From contig CT868045.1 in the NCBI GenBank assembly GCA_000165425.1, forward strand, positions 62,001 to 126,000: a stretch of DNA of 64,000 nucleotides, read 5' to 3'. Numbering within the stretch: the stretch's first letter is position 1; every line of letters starts with the position of its first letter. A model generated the notes under the pieces. The model searched no databases. It had not been told where the DNA came from and worked only from the letters and a program-made list of their open reading frames with translations. The translations under genes and the position numbers were made by a program. Origin of the DNA: Paramecium tetraurelia. Taxonomy: Eukaryota. Below are positions 41,407 through 55,432 of the stretch, in pieces.

Positions 41407-42335
41407 ATGAATAATTCAAGATCAACAGTCAAAAAAGGAACAAATAATCTTCCAATTTAAACTGGAGACTTGGAAGAATATATGTAATGATTGGATAAAC
41501 TATATTATTAGATAAATATTATATGATCATTAAAAGAGCTGTGAGAAGGCAGGGAAATATTTGGAAGCAGATTAAGCAAAAAAAAGATTGGGGGAATTAA
41601 AAAAAGATTTGGATTAAAAAAATAAGTTTGAGGTCAAGGATAGACATACCAATGAAAAATCAGAAATTGAGAAGGCTCATCTTGAAGAATTTAATCAATT
41701 TAACGAATTCTGGGATCAGAAAATGGCTGAATTTGATTAGGAGGCATAGAGAGTGAAAGAATAGGTTCTTTAAAGACAAGATGAAGAGTTGAGTCAATTC
41801 ACAGATGAATTAGAAAACTCAATTCCTGTTAAACCAAAGGATTCAGCAGAACTACTTAGTTTAAGAAAGACTGAGGAATCTTTGGCAAGATAAGAAAAGT
41901 ATAAATATATTATATTAATTTAGTTACCAAGAGGCTCATGTCACTTAATAAAGGATTTTATCAATGGAGAGAGATGAATATGAAAGATGGAATTAATAAA
42001 GATCATGTAAGATCAAAAATCTGATTCTTCAACTTAAACAAAAACAAAGCAATGAACTTAGTGCTTTACAGTAAAGAATTCTTTCCGGATAAGAAGAACA
42101 ACGAAAGATTAGATCATAGGAATTGGAGAAGTATAATTTATAATTTAAGAATAGATTATTATAAAAGTATTAGAATGTGAGAAAGGAATTGAGCAGTTAA
42201 TAGAATTAAGAAATCACAAGACTTGATAAGACTATGAAAACTTAATCAATTATGTAGTAATCAAGAATGAACTCATCCAAAATGTAGGGTTCTGCAATGA
42301 GAAAAGGGGATGAAGAAAATTACTATATTAAATGA
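41407..42335 (+). CDS. Coiled-coil protein (3 introns)
   Basis: ILYDHQKSCEKAGKYLEADQAKKRL, EFNQFNEFWDQKM, KPKDSAELLSLRK, LLQKYQNV. Confidence 0.8.
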
Positions 42336-42357
42336 TATTATAAAATACTTTATTATT

Positions 42358-43496
42358 ATGAAAATAAATTTATTCAATCCCAAGACTAAGCATTCTTAAT
42401 TTAGTAGATCAACCAGGGCGACTTCAATGTTATCACTCAAGAAAGTGGATGAATCAACTGTAGGAACTGTTGGGAACTGGGCATAGACAACTCTGCCTTA
42501 AGTTAAAAAAAAAAGAAAATAAAGTGTAATCAATTTATCAAGAAGATTATAATTTTCTGAGGGATCACGAAAAATTCTTTAAAATCAATGATGATGACAA
42601 CTCTCCATATGGCAATAGGAAATAATAATCTTTGAAAATTTTGTCTCAAGTTGATTTAAATGACATGAATGATGTAGAAGAAAGATTTACTTTTGTTCTG
42701 AAGTATTGATTTATTATGTCAATCTAAGATATCTAAGACAATCTAAAATAGGCAATCTGTACAATGTCGCCGTCTTTACTTATGCCTACATTTTGGAAAA
42801 GCAGTTTCAATACGACAAAGCAATCTTAATTTGGTAAAAATACTTAGTCTTTTGCAATTCAAATCGAGTCTATCGTTACAAAATTATTGCTTATAAACAT
42901 CTGGTAGAGCTCTCTCTTTTGATTCAAGATTTCAGGAAAGCCTTAAATTATTCTAAAAAACTCATCAAATACACATTATTTTTTAATGAGTCCAATTACG
43001 AATTAAATGCCTATGATTAAATAGGAAAGATATTCTATTACACCAAAGAATAGCAATTAGCAAAGGCTTTCCATGAGAAATTCATGGATGGTGAACCTAT
43101 GCCAACTTAAAATAAAATTCGATAAGCTGTTGTCAGGATGATAGAATATAACATTCGATAAAAGTAATCTATAGGTTAAATTGACACTGACAGTGAAGAT
43201 GATTTCGAATTAGATAAACTAGCTGAACCTAAAAATTTAGAGTTTCATCCTATTAGATTTAAAGATGCACTGCTTAAGTACAAACACTTATGGGGACATG
43301 TGTAAAAATAAGTGAACCCTTAGGACCTCTAAATGTATTGACTTTTGATAAACGACTATTCTAAAGAGAATACTTTACTTAGTTAAGTAATAACAATAGT
43401 ATCAAGAGTTTCATACTAAATAGCAATATCTCTATAAAAAAGAATAACCTATAAAAAGTTATTGACAAATTAATAAATGATATCTAAACTTTTTGA
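42358..43496 (+). CDS. TPR-like protein
   Basis: QYDKAILIW, AYKHL..FRKALNYSKKL, ELNAYDQIGKIFYY..LAKAFHEK helical repeats. Confidence 0.7.
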
Positions 43497-44103
43497 TTAA
43501 TTAAAATCATTATATTTATTAAAATATAGAATTTTCAATTATACATTTAATCAAGTGATTATAAATAATAACATCTTTATAAATGTGATTTTTGAACACA
43601 TTAATAAAAATAATTGTGATTCAAAATGATATGAAATCAAATTTGTAACACATTCTCAAAATATAGTCTTGGCAAAAATAAGATAATGATTAGTTGGTTA
43701 CAGTATTATAAAACATAGAAATTTAAAACCAAAGGAAAATTTGGTTAGTTTACCACAAATTTAATCATAGAGATATCACACTTTCTAGTAAAAATCTAGT
43801 AATTTAAATAAAAATATTTTACATATGGTAAATTCATTAATTTTTATGGCTTTGGAGAATAAAACTCTGCATCAAAATTTATTATGTAATATTTAGAATT
43901 TAATAAATTATGGTATAAAAGGTACAATAAACTTATTTCTAATATTATTAATATTTTATTTTCAAGATAAGTTCTTCTACATAAATTTGATTAATTGTAA
44001 TTTTTATAAATTAAAAATGTGTTCTAGATGGCTTAAATAAAAATAATCTTAATTCTGAAGCACCATTCAAATCTAAAATTTATTTTCCATTATTATTTAT
44101 ATT

Positions 44104-44618
44104 ATGAATCAAAAGGAAAGAGAAAGAAGAAGTTCGTCACTCAAAAAAAATGGTTTTTATGGCAACAGAGATTACGCGATGTAAACTGTGTAAAAGAGGA
44201 TTTAATACAATATCAATCGAAAATAGAAAAAGAAAAATAAATAGAAGGAGCAGCAAGGCAAAGGTCAATCCATGTCTTAATTTACTTAAGAAGAGGATAA
44301 TCGAGTCCTTAAATTGGTCCAGGAGTTAGGACCCAAATTCATGAAAATAGCTCCATTCTTCCCTAACAAATCATATAGCATGGTAAAAAATAGGTATTAC
44401 AAACACTTGAGAGACAAATAATAAGACATATGCAAAATGTATTTTAAGATGTATATCTTAGGAGTTGTGATACAAAAATTGAATAAGAAACTATGTCTTA
44501 CAAACCTAATGAGAAACTTGATGAGTTAAATAAGCTAATTCTTTCTATAAATCTATCTCCAGAACTCACTTCATTAACCTAAACCTTCCTTTAGCACATT
44601 CAGAACTGTCTAACTTGA
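44104..44618 (+). CDS. Single-repeat Myb/SANT DNA-binding protein
   Basis: FTQEEDNRVLKLVQELGPKFMKIAPFFPNKSYSMVKNRYYKHLR. Confidence 0.88.
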
Positions 44619-45338
44619 ATCTATGAACATATATTATTCAAATATCTATCCAATTTATTACTGATTGTATTATATAAAATTGCTAAATAAACTCTTTTTG
44701 GATTAATTACATTATTTTAATTAAAATAAAACAAGTAATAAATTGCAATATCATTTAATAATAATGGTATTGGATGATTGATATCTTCGTCTATGCTTTC
44801 TGAAATGGAAGGTGATTCAGAAATTCTGGAGATATCCAATTTCTCTTTTAATCTTTGTAAGACATAAGAATTAGAGTTTGCTTACTCAATATTTGAATAA
44901 TTCAATCAATAAATTTTCTTATCATTTTGAAGTAAGTTATATTATGATAAGATTTCAAGTACGAATTATTTTATGACAATTTATGATATTTAATTTATGT
45001 GTTTAATAAAATTCAATATTATTAATTTTTATATTGTTATTTTCTAATTTCTAATGCAATTTAATAATTGGATTAGTTATAATGTTCAATAAGAGGCATT
45101 ATGCATTCTTAAATGATCTATTTGAGGAATATAAATACTTATGTTTTTTATCACATCGATGATCGTAATTACCTTTGTACATTACTTACTATTGATTTAA
45201 AATATTATTAACTAACAAAACTATTGTAATTTGATTACAGTTTTATAGAAAAGGAAGAAAAACTTATAAAATATTAAAAAATAGATTGAAATGTAGTTTA
45301 TAAATTTTGTGACATTTTAATAGTTATTTTATTATTAA

Positions 45339-46654
45339 TCAAAATAAATTATTATATCCAACAGCAACACTAAATTATTCTCCAATGCTAGACTTTGGAT
45401 TGTACTTTGTAAAAAATTCTTATTTCAATTGTTCCGTCTTCATTTCTTCCCTAGTTAGTGTATGTCTCTTTTATTATTCTGCAACTGATCTTTTATCTTT
45501 CTTTTCCTACCTACTCTATATTCTTTATTAAGCTGTTTATTTACGCTTCTTTGGTTATTCTACCTTTAAGATCTAAATTCCTTTCTTTTCTTATTCCAAT
45601 CTGTAGGCCCTTGCACGAATATGTTCAGCTTCAGATAATGTTTCTTTGACCAAAACTCTCCTGATCGTTCCTTTCAATTAGTCAACATTAGTAGTCTTCC
45701 ATTTATTTTTTAATTAATTCAGATCATAGAACTTTTCTATCTTCCTTTCAGCTTCCTTCTATTTCTCTCTCTTAGAATGGGCTCTAATTTCAGTTAATTT
45801 ATCCGAATAACATGAAGCAGTGTCATCCTAAGAAGATCTTGACATTTCTCTTATAGTTTTTTCATCAAAGTGAAAGTTATCTCCATGTTCTAACTTATGT
45901 TATTAAAATTCATCTGTTTTCTTTGACACAAATAACCTAATTGATTGCAAATATTAATTGATTTCTTAAATGTTTCTATTGGGAAGTCCCTTCAAAAAAT
46001 CCTCGGTTATGTGTTGTTTTTATTTTATTAGTTCTTCCAATCTAAAGAATTCCTTTTCTCCTCCTGCATCCAGAATATGTTAGATTGCATCTCTCATTTC
46101 ATGAAATAACTTCTTTATTCCAGTTTTCTATATTAATAAAAGGAATCAGTACCCATCTCAAAATATCCTCATTCTTTGACTGCTTAAAAGTGCCTAGTGT
46201 TTTTCTAATCCTTTGAGTCACTTGTTTACGGTTCTTCATTAATCTCTAAGTCTTAATTAGATCTTCTGCAACCAATTACTTGCAGATGTCCTTTGCTAAT
46301 GTGTAAGCTTCCTTTGCTCCAGCCAAGTATTTACTTCTGATTGAATCAATGTACCTGAAGTAAAACTCTTCATTGTTGTATGATTTCTCTTCCAAGTAAA
46401 AATCCTTTATGAAATTCAAATCTTCATCCTTAAACAATGGAACAATCGCTTACTCCTAATTCGTATATCAAATGTTTCTCCCATGCAACGGTTTCTGTAT
46501 TCCCTGTGTAACGATCATATTTTCTTAAAGTCACATTTGTTATGTCCATTTTCTTAACGGGTGAAATTGGCAATGCCACTGATAGAGAGTGTCCGTATCT
46601 ATCTCTTCCCATAGTGGGTTTTATCGTATTGCTATTGCTTTGAATGGATTGCAT
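45339..46654 (-). CDS. Hypothetical protein with charged coiled-coil C-terminus
   Basis: MQSIQSNSNTIKPTMGRD...QFSVAVGYNNLF-TGA; introns not fully traced. Confidence 0.65.
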
Positions 46655-46779
46655 GAAAAATAAAATTTATTAATTTTAGAAGAGAACTGATTAATTATGT
46701 AATGTTATTTTATATTTAAGTATATAAAACCCTTACATATATTAATTTTAATTAAATACAACCCTTATCATGAACATTC

Positions 46780-48520
46780 AAAATTCACCTTAAGGATAAT
46801 AAACAATTCAGGGCTTCATTAATCAAGTTCCCTTTGGCATCAAATTATTGACTATAATAACTCTAATTGTCTTTTTCATTAATGCTTTGTTTGATGGGTT
46901 CTTTACAAATTACTTTATTGATACTCCAATCAAAGTTTTTCAAAACTTTCAATTATGGAGATTGTTCTTTACTCAATTTATAGAAAGTAATACAATAATA
47001 TATCACTCATAGATTTATTTGGAGCGATCCTAATGCCTATATTCATTTGTATGAGTCTTTCAGATCTAGAAAAAACTCTTGGCACAGTTGTATTCATACT
47101 TGATTTCTTTTTTAAAAGTTTCATGATTCAAGTACTTCTTCTCTCTAATTAGGTCATTTACTTAATCTTGTCCTTGATCATATAGAACAATAACTTACCT
47201 TCAAGAGGATTGTGGAATGTGTATTTGGTTTACCTTAGTTTACAGTAACAATCATCATTATTACCCTAGATGCTTTGCTAACCCAAACTAATTGCGAAGT
47301 TTTTTCTTCTTTCCTTGTGTCCTCCCTGCAAAAATCATCCCATTCCTTCTTGTACTAATGGGAGTCTTCATGAGTCAAAGCTTTGATCCTATCGCTGCTC
47401 TTATATTAGCATATATTGAGGCTAATTACTTCAATTTTATGATCTTTAGGCCCAGTCAAGTAGATTATAGTCATTTAAATTAATTAGCAATTGATTCAAA
47501 AGTTGGAAAATGGTTTTCTATTTCGAAATGTCAAATCCAGATCAGATTTCTTTGTTATGACATAAAATCTATAAGGCAGACCTTAAAATCAAGCAGACTT
47601 GCCAGTCCAACATGTGGAAGAATACCAAGAGAAAGGAATATAAATTGGATCCAGCCTTGGTTTTGATAATATTGAAACCAATAATAAGTAAACATTCCAA
47701 TAATTTAGTAATTAATCTTAATAAGACAATTCAAAATGAAGCCTATGATAAATAGTTCTTATATTTAAAATATCGATATATATATTAATAGTTAATTAAA
47801 TATTCCTCAAATTCTCATCTTTCTTGACTGTTGCTACTACTCATCCCTACTTAAATTATTTTATAATTTCTGATTACATTGCTGATTTACTTATTTAAAA
47901 AAAATACCCATAATCCAATAATATCATCATATAATTTACCATTCCATTTATAGCAATTCATTTTAGATATCATCATATCATCAGAAAATTTTATTAAATT
48001 AGACTTCCAAATTTCAAATTTTATTTCCATAATCTCTTTTTATTTCAACCTATCCCACCATGAGATATAAGCAATATTATTATTAAGTATTTTGATAATC
48101 TGAGGAAAACTTAGAATCTTTATCTTATAAAATTTAATAAAATCATATTCAATTGATTTTTATGATAAAAATTTACTAAATTTAATTCATCTTTCCGTAC
48201 ATATTTATTTAATGTCTGTTGTAAATCATCCCAAAGATTCTCAAAATCTACTTAGATTATACCAAAAAGCAAATGAAGAGTAAGAATAAAAAAGGAATAT
48301 TTCTTACTTGCGGCACAAATGTCTCATTTTATTATCGAAATTTGTAACCTATTTAGTAAGATCTTTTTTGTATTTACGAGATGGACAGTTTGAGTTCATA
48401 ATGAGGAAATTAAACTGTGGCAATCTCATATATATGCAAAGATTAGAAATTAATAATAGTTATTTTGGCAAACATTCTTTTTCATTTATTATGGGTTATT
48501 AAAATAAATAAATTTATTCT
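46780..48520 (-). pseudogene. Probable decayed gene(s)
   Basis: Coding-like composition and peptide fragments (VDFENLWDDLQQTLNKY; LVFFHMLDWQVCLILRSALQIL) broken by repeated TGA in the frames examined. Confidence 0.35.
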
Positions 48521-48670
48521 AAATTTCTATAATTGCATTTTAGTTGAACGTACTAAACTATTTAAATTAGAATTAGAGTAAGGTAGAAATGAATACTGAT
48601 TGATATAGATTAGGTTTAATAATTTTCGATATAAATATAAATAAAAAATATATTGCAATTTAAATAAATA

Positions 48671-49910
48671 ATGCATTCATATTAACAGCAAGAACTTATT
48701 GAATTACTGTAAAACCATTCTAATATAGCTATTGATCGCCAATTGATAAGTTAATTGTATAATAAATGTTTGCAAGATGTAAACAGCTGAATTAGTATTT
48801 TAGCATAAACAATGCACACTTCCTTAGTTTGAGAAGGTGTACAAGGAGGCAATTTAATTGTTGAGCCAAAAAATAGCGAATTCAAAATAGCAACTACAAG
48901 AGGAGCAGGATAATTTAGTATCAATTGATGAAAGGTTGAAAACAACTCCGGCATTAAATAGTAATAATCACAGAATTCCAATGAGACTAACACTGCATTC
49001 AGCATCAGTATTGAATCTGCAATTGCACAACAAATTTATGGTTGGATCTTTTGCATTTTACATGAAGATAGAAGATTACTATGAATACGAGAGTGATTTC
49101 AAACCAAGTTACAATTTGTAATTCTAGATTGATCAAACTATTGATATTTTGGATGTTGGTGACAGCATCCTATTGGCTTTGAATACAAATACCTAAAATT
49201 AGATGAACACTACCATAGTGATACCGACATACTCCTTGCAGTTTAATAAAAATGTTACTGAACTACTGACTTAAAAAGAGAATGGGGAGTTGTTAGAAAT
49301 TGAAATTACATATGAAATTAAAGTCTTAGATTAGAAGTTATTGAATCTCCAATTAAATTAGGCTAGAAATCTAGTAATATCATATATCAAGAAATTCAAA
49401 GATGAATTAGAAGATTATTAATTGTAATTGCAAGACTTGAGATAGGTCAAGATTCCTTATAATAATGAGATTTCAAATGAATTAAATGACGGATAATAAA
49501 ATCACAGTAGACAAGAGCCATCGCAAAACACGTATACAATTGGAGTTCCAGATTATTATCACAAACCTTTGGAATTGTAAAGTTAGGATTGCTAATTAAA
49601 TCCTTAACCTCAGGAAAGATAATCAAGTATCATACCTTACTTAATTGGACTCATTTTAGCTTCATTTAGCAATTTATTTATTAATGCGTTGTTTGAATTA
49701 TCTTTTGTAATGATTGTTTTGATCGTGGTTTTAAAAGAGGATAAAACAACTACATTTACAAAAGCAATGATCCTATTATCATGGATAATGTTTGGATTGA
49801 ATTTATGGTTGCACCAATCATAGATATTAATCAACATAACAAGTATATAAATAGGGTGGTTAGGATTATGTATGTTATAATTATATAAAATTTATTTAAT
49901 TTTTTTATGA
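48671..49910 (+). CDS. Coiled-coil / C2-like protein with C-terminal transmembrane segments
   Basis: MHSYQQQELIELLQ...; one 25-nt intron; hydrophobic C-terminus; TGA 49908-49910. Confidence 0.7.
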
Positions 49911-51288
49911 TAAAATAAATAATAACTACACCTTTGTTTTATGTGAATGCCTAGCCACACATAGGTCATCTCTATTCAATGATTTATGCAGATGCCATCG
50001 CTAAGTATAAATCTGTAAAATTGCTGACAGGAACTGATGAGCATGGATTGAAAGTCTACAGAAGTGCCAAGCATCAACCACTCTAATAATATTGTGATTC
50101 CATTTCCAACCAATTCAAACAATTGGCTAATTCATTTATTAAGTATGATCAATTCATCAGAACCACTGATCCTTAGCATATCGTGAAAGTGTAGAAGAAT
50201 TGGAATCTGCTCTAAAATAATGGATTTATTATTAAGGACACCTATAAAGGATATTATTGCTAAGTTGAGGAATCATTCGTGAATCATAAAACTGATCAAT
50301 ATTTGGAAGAAGATAATTATTTTTTCAAATTTGACAAAGATTACCTTGAGACTTGCATTAAAAATGCACCATCCAGATATCAAAATGAATTAAAGCAGCT
50401 CATAATTAATAGTATTTGTATCAGTAGACCTAAATAGAGGTATTATTGGGGAATTGAGGTTCCTAATGATAATAATTAACTGATTTATGTTTGGTTGGAT
50501 GCTTTATTAGGTTATTTGTAAGAAGAGTAACATCATTATATGCACGTGATAGGCAAAGATATAGTGAGATTTCATGCATTATATTGGCCTAGTTTCTTAA
50601 AAGGAATCAATAACCAATCTACAACTGAATTGATTGTGCATAACCATTGGATCAGAAATAATGTAAATTTACAATATTAAATCAGATGAAAATGTCGAAG
50701 TCGCTTGGAAATGTGATCGATCCATTCTAATTACTAAAAAAATACAACTAAAATCAAATTAGACTATATTTCCTTACTCAAGGGCCTTAAAATATGGATG
50801 TTTCATTTGAAGAGAGTAAACTGGAGAAGTGTTGGAATACATACATCGATCAATTTAATAACATTTTATTTAGATTGTTCAGGCCAAAGATAATATCACC
50901 AAATTTGCTATTATTACAATAGCATTTATTGGATGATCAATTAATATAAACTAAATAATCATTTTTGGAATTACACAAAAATACAAAAGCATTTCTAGAT
51001 AAAAATTAATTCTTAGAAGGTTACTTAGAATTACAAAAGATCTTTGTACTCATAAATACCTTAATAGATAAAAATTAACCATGGAAAATGCAAGAGCAAT
51101 TTTAAAAAGAACAATTTCTAAGTTTTATTTGCATTTTGATATCAATGACTTAATAAATTTTGGATATATATGTCTAGACTCCTAATGTCATAACACCATA
51201 ATTCAAAGAATTTCCTTAAAATAATAATGTTTAAGTAACTGTAGATTTAGAGTAAGATTTAAGATTAAAAAGATTCATCATTAATTGA
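49907..51288 (+). CDS. Methionyl-tRNA synthetase, mitochondrial/bacterial type (452 aa, one 23-nt intron)
   Basis: [67 protein letters not shown]. Confidence 0.95.
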
Positions 51289-52030
51289 ATATATCATTAT
51301 ATTAGGCTTTTATTAATTAATAGTTTTTATTTAATTATTATTTATTTTTATTGATCTCTTTTATTTCTACATTACAACCGTCATTTTACTCTTTGCATTT
51401 TTGAATAATTTAGTCGATGTTTCTTAATTTTAAAGGAGTCAATGCCCGTAGAGTAGATTCTGAAGAGTAATTTTGTTTTAATAACTTTTTACCCTTCTTC
51501 CTTTCATACTCTAGTTGTTTTTTATAGATATCATATCTCTATTTTCTTTATTGAAGTAATTCACTAGCCCTGGTTAACAATTTTTGATTATTTTCTTCAT
51601 TATTAGGACTGTTGAATCTGGTAAACTTAAATTTGGGTATGTAATTTTGGCAAGACTTTAGTATTCTGATGTAATTTTAATCGGGTATCTAGGACTTGAA
51701 TAGGTGTTATTTTTCCTTATATTATTAAATGATCTCCTTTTCAATGATTCTTTCTTGTATCCTTGTTTCTCTTTGGCTGAGCTTTTCGTTTTTTATGTAA
51801 TCATCCATTTTTTTATAGATTGCATCTTCAAACTAAGGAGTTGATAATTCAAACACTTTATTGGTTTATTTGGGAATGAGATGATGTATTTTAATTTACT
51901 TTGTTTTTCCATATATCTTGTTTACAAACTCATCGTATTGTTGGTTCAGAGGACCAGAATTTGATGATAGTTGGGAAGGAGAATAATGACTTCTGCTTCT
52001 GTAAGTTGTTAATTCATTAATATTATTCAT
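51278..52030 (-). CDS. Hypothetical basic protein (250 aa, intronless)
   Basis: MNNINELTTYRSRSHYSPS...QYNDIFNQ-TGA; 753 nt open in code 6. Confidence 0.65.
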
Positions 52031-52044
52031 AATATAATATAATT

Positions 52045-52803
52045 TCATTTGTAATATGGTTATGGTATATATTGCGAAGGTTACTTCTAAAAAATAACTC
52101 TACTATCCATTGGAAGAATTCTACTTTGAGGAAGCATTTGAGTTTAAGGTGCAGCTTATTATCGAACCATTTTAAAAATGCTTTTTGGTTTTAATTACTA
52201 TTGCTATTATTGTTATTATTGTTATTGTTATAGTAGGTTTTCATAATTGAGTAATTGTTTCAAAAAGCCTGAATTTGGATTGACTTGTCTACGCTTCGAC
52301 TTTAATTTCCATAAGGCTTTCTCCATATTCATATTATTTTTGCGCATTAAATACGCAGCAACGATAGTGGGCGATCTACTTATCCCCAAAAAACAATGAA
52401 CCAATATATTCGTATGCTTTCGATGACGCTCTATAAAATCAAAGGTCTAATCAGCGAATTGTAAAATGTTATAGTCATCCTTATCATGTGCTTAAATCAC
52501 GTGATGAAATTAAACAATAAGATCTGAATATTAAACAGCTGTCTCTTGACTTGCAGTTAACACAGCTCTGATCTTTAATCGTTTTAAGGTTTCAAGATCT
52601 TTGGCTCCTTCATATCCTCCTACATAAATTGCTCCCTCTTCATGTGCTGCTCATTTACATTCAAATTTGGTACTTTATTCCACTATGCAGGTCATTGGAT
52701 CTGGATCCACTATTTGAGGTACAGAATACACGAATTTAAGATCCTCAATTGGGAATGTGGTTGAGACAATGCTTCTTGAGAATGGATCAGTTATCATTGA
52801 CAT
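52045..52803 (-). CDS. Dual-specificity protein phosphatase
   Basis: AIYVGGY, LVHCFLGISRSPTIVAAYLM, VNPNSGFLKQL; poly-Q tail. Confidence 0.93.
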
Positions 52804-53589
52804 AAATTCAATTAAATTAGAAATTCAATTTCAATACTGTTCTATCTCTTTTATTTGAGAGATATCATTCGCGATTACTTTTATAATTAGAAATTGACAA
52901 GCACATGGTTAGATTCTTATGATTTTACTTAAAGAACTGTAAACTCTAAAAAAGCTTTGATCAAGTATAACTCAAACAAGAATTATAAAAATTCTTATTT
53001 ACATAACTACAGTAACATCTTAATTTTAAAACGATTAAAAACTATGCTATTTAATTTATTAAGTTTGAAGAAATAATGGTTACTTTATCCATAATAACTT
53101 ATAATTTTTATATAAAATAATTAGAGACCTTGAATGTGATGCATCATAACAATATCGTATGTAAATTGTCGCTATGCCTAATAATGATTCTGTAATTAAA
53201 CAAAAATAGCAATTTTATTTTTATTTATATAACTCTGATAATTACTAAATATATTTTAGAGGGTAATTAATCAAGATCGGCAAACACTATGCACAATAGT
53301 ATTTTAGAAAGGGGTAGTTTAATGAATTTGAATTCTTTGATCAGTTCACCCCTTATAGTAGATACGATTGCAATGTTAATCTATAAGGAAGATGTAGATT
53401 TTCATGTGTAATTTCATTTTACTATGAATTTCAATTGAATATACCTACATTGATTGTTAAACATCCTTTGTGATATCAATGGCGTATTTAATTAATTTAA
53501 TTAATATAATAGATATTGATTTTTATAATTCATATATATATATTAGTGTATTTGTAAAAATAGCATAAAAAAGATAAAATAATTTAAAT

Positions 53590-54020
53590 TCATATGTGTG
53601 ACTCCAAATTGATTAAATGAGTTGAGCTTAAGTTCTATGAGACCGATGACTTAATTTCCATGAAGAATTTTTTTATTTTATTACACCCATTCAAAATTTT
53701 GTAGGAACAACGCTTAACTAATTGGTTTCCATTTTTCTAATCTGAATCTTCTTTGATTTTTTTCTTCTTCTTCTGATTCTTGCTTCTGAATTCAGCCCAA
53801 ATGGCTTTGGCAGAAGAATAATTAATTCCAATAGAATTAGCAGCCTAGTGATAATGAGAATTGTTACTGCTTTAATGGTTTGCTTTTCCTTCACAACAGC
53901 CTTTAAAAACAAATCCTTTATTGATTGTGTAATTTTCAAATACTTCTTTTCAGCCAATCGTGGATCGAATTTCAGCATTTCTTTTTCCACTTGTTGCTTG
54001 ATATCGTCTAAAATTTTCAT
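53590..54020 (-). CDS. Ciliate helix-turn-helix (homeodomain-like) protein
   Basis: KKYLKITQSIKDLFLKAV..TIKAAANSIGINYSSAKAIW after a 23-nt intron. Confidence 0.8.
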
Positions 54021-54135
54021 ATATTTAATTAATGCGAAACGAATACACAAAATAATCCATAGATTCAGTCAAAAGTGCGTAATTTGAAGCCATAAATTTA
54101 ATTAACAAACAAAACAAAAGTTTATTAGAACATAA

Positions 54136-54784
54136 ATGGGAGGATGCCTATTTAGAGAAAAAGAATATGAAGAATTAGCTGTTCAACCATTATAAACATA
54201 ATTTACAGACGAGGTGATTGTAGATGAATTAGAAGATATACGAGATATTGCCAAATTAAAAAATTGTGAGATCCTGTTCATAACTTTGCTCAATCACAAA
54301 TGCATTGTTCTCAGAAAACAGGACGACAAAACTATGAATTTACGTGTTATCGAAATAGTAGGGAATCGAAATATGATGTATTTAGAAATTCACAAATAAT
54401 TATAGTATGCTTTCATGTAATTAAGGCAATGCTAAAATTTTTTCATTGGAGCAGTCACCCTAAAAGACAAATGCTTTATGGTTTTGAGGACAGTCTAAGG
54501 ATTAGCAGCCTAAGTTTCGGTTCAGGAGATTCAATGTATAAAACAATTATTGTCCAGGTTTGGGCATTTCTGAAAATTTATCAGAAGTCATGAAGAAACG
54601 ATTTGATGAGAGGTTCCTATGCGTTGGAGTCATCTATATAGAAGACATGGTCATCCTTGTCTTTAGAAAGATATTTCTTAAAATCAAATGTCCTATTCTC
54701 CAGAAGTACACTTCGCCTAGCAATGATACCATATGCATAATTTAGTATGAAGGATAGATATATGAATTGAAAAAAAAATTATGA
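54136..54784 (+). CDS. Hypothetical N-acylated protein (1 intron)
   Basis: MGGCLFREKEY...YELKKKL-TGA. Confidence 0.7.
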
Positions 54785-55138
54785 ATTTTTAATGTCATCT
54801 CACTAAATTCCCTTAAATTATTGTATTCCTTCAAGGGGGTAAGTTGTAAGATGAGCTCAATCTCGCAAGGACCTTTTTCCGAATTATCCACTATTTCTAA
54901 ATAATCCGAGGATAGGATCTGCTTACACTTAATAAAACTTGCTACATTAACAAACTATCACAATTTGATTCCTCGAATTATGGGTTGTTATTAAATTATT
55001 ATTATCAAATTCTAACTCAAAGACTCATCTCTATTTAAATTGACCCTCAATTAAGTGACAACCATTACTAACAATGAAATAAACAATAGAAAACCAATTT
55101 AAAATAACATAAAAAAAATCTCATCAATCTAATATTGA
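54781..55138 (+). CDS. Possible short hypothetical protein or pseudogene
   Basis: MNFQCHLTKFPQIIVFLQGGKLQDELNLARTFFRIIHYF...; 3' part ambiguous. Confidence 0.35.
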
Positions 55139-55432
55139 TCATCAATCCTAAGAAAAAATTGAAAATCATAAATTATAATAAGTAAAACTGATGAATAACA
55201 TATTATAATCTCAGAATATCGTGAATATCCTTATAATTGATATTGTTATTTATAACTAATGAGTAAAATTATTAATTAAATAAAAACCCTTCAAAGTCTT
55301 GTTTTTTAATGCTACAATTACAATAATTTAAGTGTTGTAACTCAGATGAAAACAAAATTTCTATTCTTCTAATAAAGATTTCTAAACTTTAGCAATTAAA
55401 AAAAAATAATAATCAAAAATTATAATTTGGAT

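Noticed and set aside
53590..54020. HTH protein as a transposase fragment
   Set aside because: No DDE domain or terminal repeats; it fits a ciliate HTH gene with a normal intron
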